Shown here: positions 59,601-64,000 of the stretch, one piece after another
How the letters are laid out: every line of letters begins with the position of its first letter
How positions within the stretch are numbered: position 1 is the first letter of the stretch
Origin: Paraspadella gotoi
Taxonomy: Eukaryota > Animalia > Chaetognatha
Direction of reading: 5' to 3'
Assembly: GCA_051294375.1 (NCBI GenBank)
Contig: CM119271.1
Span: forward strand, 676,721 to 740,720
DNA length: 64,000 bases
Made by a program: the position numbers and the translations under genes
Notes under the pieces: generated by a model
The model's input: the letters and a program-made list of their open reading frames with translations, nothing else
Told to the model about the DNA's origin: nothing
Database searches by the model: none

Positions 59601-60233
59601 CACACAAGTGCGGCAAGGCTCACCATCTCCTTCGCATCTTCATGAAACTTGAGGGCCAACTTGGTTCTGGAGACGATCGTTTCGAAAGTGGCGGGCCTCT
59701 CCAGGGATTCGGCGACCAGAGACTAATACGATCAAAATCTTGTTTTAACTTTTTATGTTGTTATTGTTGTTCGTCCTCGATTTCACTCGAACTACCTTAA
59801 AGTCGATGTCGGTCGGAAACGCGCCGGAAACGCCCGGCGCGACGAGGCTTCCAAGGCAGCCCCGGTTGAACAAGAAGATGGGGCTGGTATCCGTCCCCGC
59901 GCTGTAGCTGCCCACCAGACTCTCTTTCTTCAAGATTTCTCCACCGTTTATGAGAAGAATCTTAATCAAAAACATTTTATTGTAAAAGTAACTTTAATGT
60001 GAAAGAAAAAGAGGGCGGAGTAAACCTGGTTCTCTTCCGGAATGCGGCATCGCTTGCTAATCGCGCAATTAAGCGCAGAGACTGGACCAAGAGCAAGGTT
60101 AATGTCGAACGTAAACGTCGTTCCAGTGTCGACCTGTTTATATAATTATTTTTTGTAATCCAGTATGTTTTAATTAAATAAAATTTATAATATAAAAACT
60201 GATATTTGAACTTGCCTGGAAAACGTAAAGCAT
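44092..60233 (-). CDS. RB1CC1 (Atg17): RB1-inducible coiled-coil protein 1 / FIP200 / Atg17, ~1598 aa, 24 exons
   Basis: Exons: 60233-60216, 60133-60026, 59960-59796, 59722-59624, 58830-58710, 58627-58486, 55260-55086, 54862-54652, 54587-54418, 53501-53400, 53319-53226, 52309-52180, 52088-51965, 51888-51802, 51375-51138, 51066-50824, 50569-50352, 50273-49908, 49836-48925, 47416-47245, 47171-47047, 46741-46588, 45871-45638, 44480-44092. They encode the N-terminus MLYVFQVDTGTTFTFD, AGTDTSPIFLF, DQHLMHQGWAAVLANL, IKGLEDRLYGLEQLM, LPDLCTSH, a long coiled coil and the Claw domain (KEYCQAKKPANRFKVPVGTKFYRVKA). Intron 1 is GC-AG. Confidence 0.93.
44689..44892 (+). mobile_element. Family S copy (~200 bp) with a 9-bp target-site duplication
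   Basis: Matches 2037-2235. Flanked by AGAATAAGA at 44680-44688 and 44893-44901. Confidence 0.75.
45935..46500. repeat. ~20-bp purine-rich minisatellite (GAAGTTGGGGAGGGAAAAGA)n in an RB1CC1 intron
   Basis: About 27 degenerate units. This repeat explains the overlapping low-complexity ORFs at 45793-46714. Confidence 0.9.
47485..47565 (+). repeat. Family S internal fragment
   Basis: AGAGTGATGGAGGCCTTAAACCACCAAAGCCTGTCCAAAGTCAGG...GGATAATTT. Confidence 0.7.
47671..48840 (-). mobile_element. DINE-1/HINE-like element (47671-48506) plus an adjacent partial copy (48507-48840)
   Basis: On the - strand: T-run, then ATCGTCGCAA...TTGCGACGAT 5' hairpin (48467-48500), 3' subterminal TTGCGACGAT (47694-47703), an imperfect stem-loop and a T-run. 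(GTC)n microsatellite in the partial copy. Homologous to 57257-58223. Confidence 0.7.
51417..51671 (+). mobile_element. Solo LTR of TRIM family A with 4-bp TSD
   Basis: TGTGGCGG...GTTGCCATA, the reverse complement of 470-722, flanked by ATAC (51413-51416) and ATAC (51672-51675). Confidence 0.85.
52438..53139 (+). mobile_element. TRIM-like / internally deleted LTR element, family C, with 4-bp TSD
   Basis: 5' LTR TGAGG...CTACA (52438-52696), PBS TGGTGATCCCGAC (52698), partial 3' LTR 53017-53139 ending CTACA, and TSD CTTC at 52434-52437 and 53140-53143. Confidence 0.75.
53865..53911 (-). ncRNA. Degenerate Penelope-type minimal hammerhead ribozyme
   Basis: - strand CTGATGA-A-AACTC-GAACCCAAA-GAGTC-GAAA-CATG-TC, followed by AATAAA. 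The stem II closing pair is mismatched (A-C). Confidence 0.65.
57257..58223 (-). mobile_element. Second copy of the DINE-1/HINE-like element
   Basis: Collinear with 47671-48840, with the same TTATCGTCGCAAACGCTAAGCG start, (GTC)n tract and 3' TTGCAACGATCCTTATG...AAGATTTT end. Confidence 0.7.
58913..59502 (+). mobile_element. TRIM-like miniature LTR element, family B, complete, with 4-bp TSD; LTR contains a tRNA-Gly-like segment
   Basis: LTRs 58913-59146 and 59281-59502 (TATGG...CTTCA), PBS TGGTGAGCCCGAC at 59148, PPT GAGAGGGCGGGGGA before the 3' LTR, and TSD TGAC at 58909-58912 and 59503-59506. Confidence 0.88.
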
Positions 60234-61937
60234 TTTTATCGTTGGTGATAATCAAAGGCTGGTAAAGTATTCTAAGTGGTAGACTAGGGCGACTAAGGGG
60301 GAAGGGGAGGGGAAAACCCCGGGGCTCAAAAGAGCTAAGCTTCTGTTCAGTATTTTTCCATATTGTATTTGTTTATGGGATTAAGAATTATGATTAAGGA
60401 GGCAGTCATTTCAAAATCATCTAGAAATTTAAGTGGAAAAGTTAATTCAAATTCTTTCGAAAAATTGAAAAAGTATTGAAATTCTAAAGGAATGCGAACG
60501 AACTAAAATATAATAAACGTCAATCATCTGGAGCTCGAAATCTTTATTTGATGACTAAATCTTAGAAAATAACGACGAAATACAGAGACAAAATTGCGTT
60601 GTCATTTATTGCGCAACTGTTATTATGGCAAACGTAATAAAAGCTTTTGATTTAAAAAATTACAATAGGAAAGAAAAAAATACAAAAACCATAAAAAAAT
60701 ATAAAAAAATTCAAAATGCTATTTAAAAATATAACTTTAATCGACAAATCACACAATAGATTATCATTATGATGAAAATTAAAAAGATAATAAAAATCAG
60801 GATTCAAAAAATATCGAGACGGGCAAAAAATTCGATGACTGCGGAGATTTTGGCCGAATAAAGAGACGTGGACAGAGGACAAAGGACCGTTTCTAATAGT
60901 AACGGTACCAGGGAGAGAGGGAGACGGACAGATAAAGAAGAGAACGAAAGAGCGAGAGCGAGAGAAAGAGAGAGAGCGATAGAGACAGGGAGAAAGAGAA
61001 TCAGGTTGAGAGTACTGAATCAGCTGAGCCTCTTTCGTCAACAGACAACAGACAAAAAGTCAGAAGCGGCTGCAACCATCGCTTCTTTTCTTTTTCTTTC
61101 TTTTCTCATTTATTGTGACGGAGGGTGAGGTCTGAGGAGTACAAATTGATGATGCATATTAAAAGAAAAAACATTTTCCAAATCTATTAATTTAATGTAT
61201 TCAGTTTTACAAAAAATGTTAATTTTGATCATCGGCGATGTTCATTTGTGTCAACAGTTTGAGAAATGTCCGCTTGGAATTCGTGGCTTGTAGCTCTTGG
61301 AATAATCTTAACAATTAAAATCATAAACTTATTTAATAATTTGATTTTAATGTTCGTCTTTATAAAAATGTGTCTCAGATTAATATCCTTGCTTTTTACA
61401 CTTAAAAATTTGATTAATTATCTCAAAATTTTTAAACCAAAGTCGTCGACATCGTTTCTGGATTTTGATTGGTGGAGCTAGAATTGAACACGAAAAATCA
61501 GTCGCTGATTGGTCGTTACTTAAGCTTTTCGTTTTTAATAATGATTATTAAAATAGTTTTTGTCAGAAAAAATATTAAAATTAACTCTTTAGTGATTAAT
61601 TTCGATGGAACGCTTTTTGAGATATTGGGCAAGCCAATTGTCAAGATTTTGTAGGAGCAAAAGTTTTTATTTATTTTTATTTATGTTAACTATATTCGGA
61701 TTTTAAAACGGTGTTTAAGTGAAGTGACGATCAAGTCATAACTTCGTTCTTACGTATTAACAACGTACTTGTTTTTTTTTACAGCCAGCTTGCTAATCTA
61801 TTTACCAAAATTCGTCTATAATACTTAATTTAGTATATAGATTAAAAAAATTTATTTGCCTAATCCTAAGCAGTGCCTCGTTGTATACGTTAGTGATTCC
61901 AATAGAATGTCTGCTTCTAACAATCTCTGTTACGAAA
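60234..61937. promoter_or_regulatory. Divergent (head-to-head) RB1CC1/DHX36 intergenic region, likely bidirectional promoter
   Basis: 1.7 kb between opposed ATGs. Three CCAAT-box matches (GATTGG ~61467 and ~61507, GCCAAT ~61633) and a GA-rich block at 60910-61000. Confidence 0.45.
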
Positions 61938-64000
61938 ATGAGCTTTAATTCCTACCGAAGCAGCAGGTCATCAGGATGGAAACAAGGAAGAGAAGGAGGG
62001 GGCCGAGGTGGAAGAGGCGGGCGGGGTGGTATGAAAGGTTACCATCAAGAACGCCCAGAAGACGCGGATGACAATGAAGGAGCATCTTTTCGTCACCCTC
62101 GGGGTTTGAAAGGGAAGGAGATAGGATTATGGTACGCCCGTCAAAATCGCCCTCCAAAAAACATGACGCCGGAAGAAACCGCCGAGTGGCAGTCGGGAAA
62201 GGCCAACCGGCAAAAAAGAAGGGAAGAGCGTCAAGAGACGCGGACTCGAATCGGCGTCGACTTGACATCCTTTCAAAAGACGCTCGTCCGCGACGCCCTC
62301 TCCGCTTTCGCCGGTTCAAACGAAAACCCGTCCCCGCGAGTCGCCTTCGCCCCAAAAACGTTCGTCGATGAGGATTCCTGGTTCTCTCGTCGACCGCTAG
62401 AGAGAGACGCGGCGTTGGACTCTCGTCTAAAGGCCGACTTGGAGCGGATGGAGAAAAGCTCTTCTTACGAGGATTTCCTGGACTTTCGCCGCCGACTTCC
62501 CGTCTTCGAAAAGCGAGATGAAGTGATGCAGATCGTGGACAGCGACTCGCGCGTCTGCGTCGTTTCCGGCGCCACCGGCTCAGGGAAGACGACTCAGATT
62601 CCGCAATTCATCCTCGATGAAGCGTTGCGTCGGGGCGACGGCTCTGTCACCAAAGTAGTTTGTACTCAGCCGCGACGAATCTCCGCCATTTCCATAGCGG
62701 AACGCGTCGCAGCTGAGAGAGGAGAATCCTTTCCCACGGGAAACAAGAACAAGAAGAGAGTCGAGGGTAGCGTGGGCTATCAGATCCGCCTCACCAGCGT
62801 CATTCCCAGGCACGAAGGCAGCATTCTCTACTGCACGACGGGCGTGGTTCTCAAGTGGCTCGAGTCGGATCCCGATCTACGCTGCGTTTCTCACCTCGTT
62901 CTGGACGAGGTCCACGAACGCGACCTTCAAACCGACTTCCTCATCATCTGCCTCAGAGAATTGCTGCAGAGGTGCGACCATCTAAAGCTGGTGCTAATGT
63001 CGGCCACGTTGGACGCTCAATTATTTTCATCTTACTTCAACGATTGCCCCACCATCGACGTCCCTGGTCGCCTTTTTCCCGTTGAACGGATCTTGCTGGA
63101 AGATATCGTGGAGTCATTAAATTACGTCCCCCAGCGGCGTGACGGTCGCCGGAGCTTTCAACAGCTAGCGCAATCGCACGGCGGCGGCGCGGAGGGAAAG
63201 TCTCGGGCGAGAAACGAACTCTCTAGACGTCAGAGACTCAAGGAGGGGTTTTGGGAGAGAAAATCGCGAGCGGAACAGGGTCGATACTCTCGAGCGACCA
63301 TGGAGACGATGAAAGAATGGAGCGACGACATCGACTACGAACTCATTCACCTCATTGTGTGTCATGTGATCCGTGAGCGAGAACCAGGCAGTATCCTCAT
63401 CTTCTTGCCAGGTTGGGGGGAGATCAGCAAGTGCAAGTCTATCTTGGAAGGGTCGACCGTAATCGATCCAAGTCGGACTTGGATCATCCCGCTTCATTCC
63501 ATGATGCCCACCTCATTTCAACGGGAGATCTTCAGTCCGTCGCCGACGGGAAAAACTAAAATCGTCATCTCGACCAACATCGCGGAAACTAGCGTCACCA
63601 TCGAGGACGTTGTTTACGTCATTGATTCGGGTCTCCTCAAAGCGACAAGTTACGATCCTGACGCCAGCGTTTCCATACTGGCGCCGGAATTCGTCTCTAA
63701 AGCCAACGCCCGTCAACGAGCCGGTCGCGCCGGTCGCGTTCGTCCGGGGTTTTGCTTTCACCTTTTCTCCAGCTTCACGGAGGAATCTTTGAGCGAATAT
63801 CTCAAACCAGAAATGCTAAGGACGCCGCTCGAATCCGTCTGTTTACAGATCAAAGTTCTGCGTCGCGGCGACGCCTTCTCGTTCTTAAGCCAAGCGTTGA
63901 ATCCTCCATCGCCTGCCGTGGTGAAGCGCGCTGTGAAAAATCTTCGCCGCATGAATGCCCTCGACGATGAGGAAGGCATCACCACGCTAGGGTATCATTT
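61938..64000 (+). CDS. DHX36: ATP-dependent G-quadruplex DEAH-box helicase DHX36 (RHAU/G4R1); uninterrupted frame, 3' end beyond window
   Basis: Open frame from ATG 61938 with an RGG-rich N-terminus, the DHX36-specific motif HPRGLKGKEIGLWYA, GATGSGKTTQIPQFILD, CTQPRRISA, LDEVHER, MSAT, FLPGW, PLHS, STNIAETSVTI and QRAGRAGRV. Confidence 0.95.
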   Translation, partial: MSFNSYRSSRSSGWKQGREGGGRGGRGGRGGMKGYHQERPEDADDNEGASFRHPRGLKGKEIGLWYARQNRPPKNMTPEETAEWQSGKANRQKRREERQETRTRIGVDLTSFQKTLVRDALSAFAGSNENPSPRVAFAPKTFVDEDSWFSRRPLERDAALDSRLKADLERMEKSSSYEDFLDFRRRLPVFEKRDEVMQIVDSDSRVCVVSGATGSGKTTQIPQFILDEALRRGDGSVTKVVCTQPRRISAISIAERVAAERGESFPTGNKNKKRVEGSVGYQIRLTSVIPRHEGSILYCTTGVVLKWLESDPDLRCVSHLVLDEVHERDLQTDFLIICLRELLQRCDHLKLVLMSATLDAQLFSSYFNDCPTIDVPGRLFPVERILLEDIVESLNYVPQRRDGRRSFQQLAQSHGGGAEGKSRARNELSRRQRLKEGFWERKSRAEQGRYSRATMETMKEWSDDIDYELIHLIVCHVIREREPGSILIFLPGWGEISKCKSILEGSTVIDPSRTWIIPLHSMMPTSFQREIFSPSPTGKTKIVISTNIAETSVTIEDVVYVIDSGLLKATSYDPDASVSILAPEFVSKANARQRAGRAGRVRPGFCFHLFSSFTEESLSEYLKPEMLRTPLESVCLQIKVLRRGDAFSFLSQALNPPSPAVVKRAVKNLRRMNALDDEEGITTLGYH

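Noticed and set aside
62129-63985. Short ORFs listed across the DHX36 region
   Set aside because: Off-frame or antisense shadows. The real frame starts at 61938 and is missing from the track because it has no stop within the window.

Overview
Animal (probably protostome invertebrate) nuclear DNA with GC/CpG-rich exons and very AT-rich introns. Five protein-coding genes were reconstructed exon by exon: a TSC22D/bunched homologue with several alternative exons (+, 5' end outside the window), ARID2/BAP170 (+), a 12-exon ST6GalNAc-III/IV/V/VI-type sialyltransferase (-, almost invisible in the ORF track), RB1CC1/FIP200/Atg17 (-) and DHX36 (+, no intron in the part seen, runs off the end). There is also a tRNA-Arg(TCT) gene. 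Introns hold many small non-autonomous elements. Three families of miniature LTR elements (TRIM-like) have unrelated LTRs but share a tRNA-Trp primer-binding site and 4-bp TSDs. One of them carries a tRNA-Gly-like Pol III cassette inside its LTRs. Other elements are Penelope-type minimal hammerhead ribozymes, DINE/HINE-like elements, TA-flanked MITEs and a 5'-truncated retroposon family. Three of about 54 introns use GC donors. All calls were made by eye with no database searches; exon boundaries are predictions.
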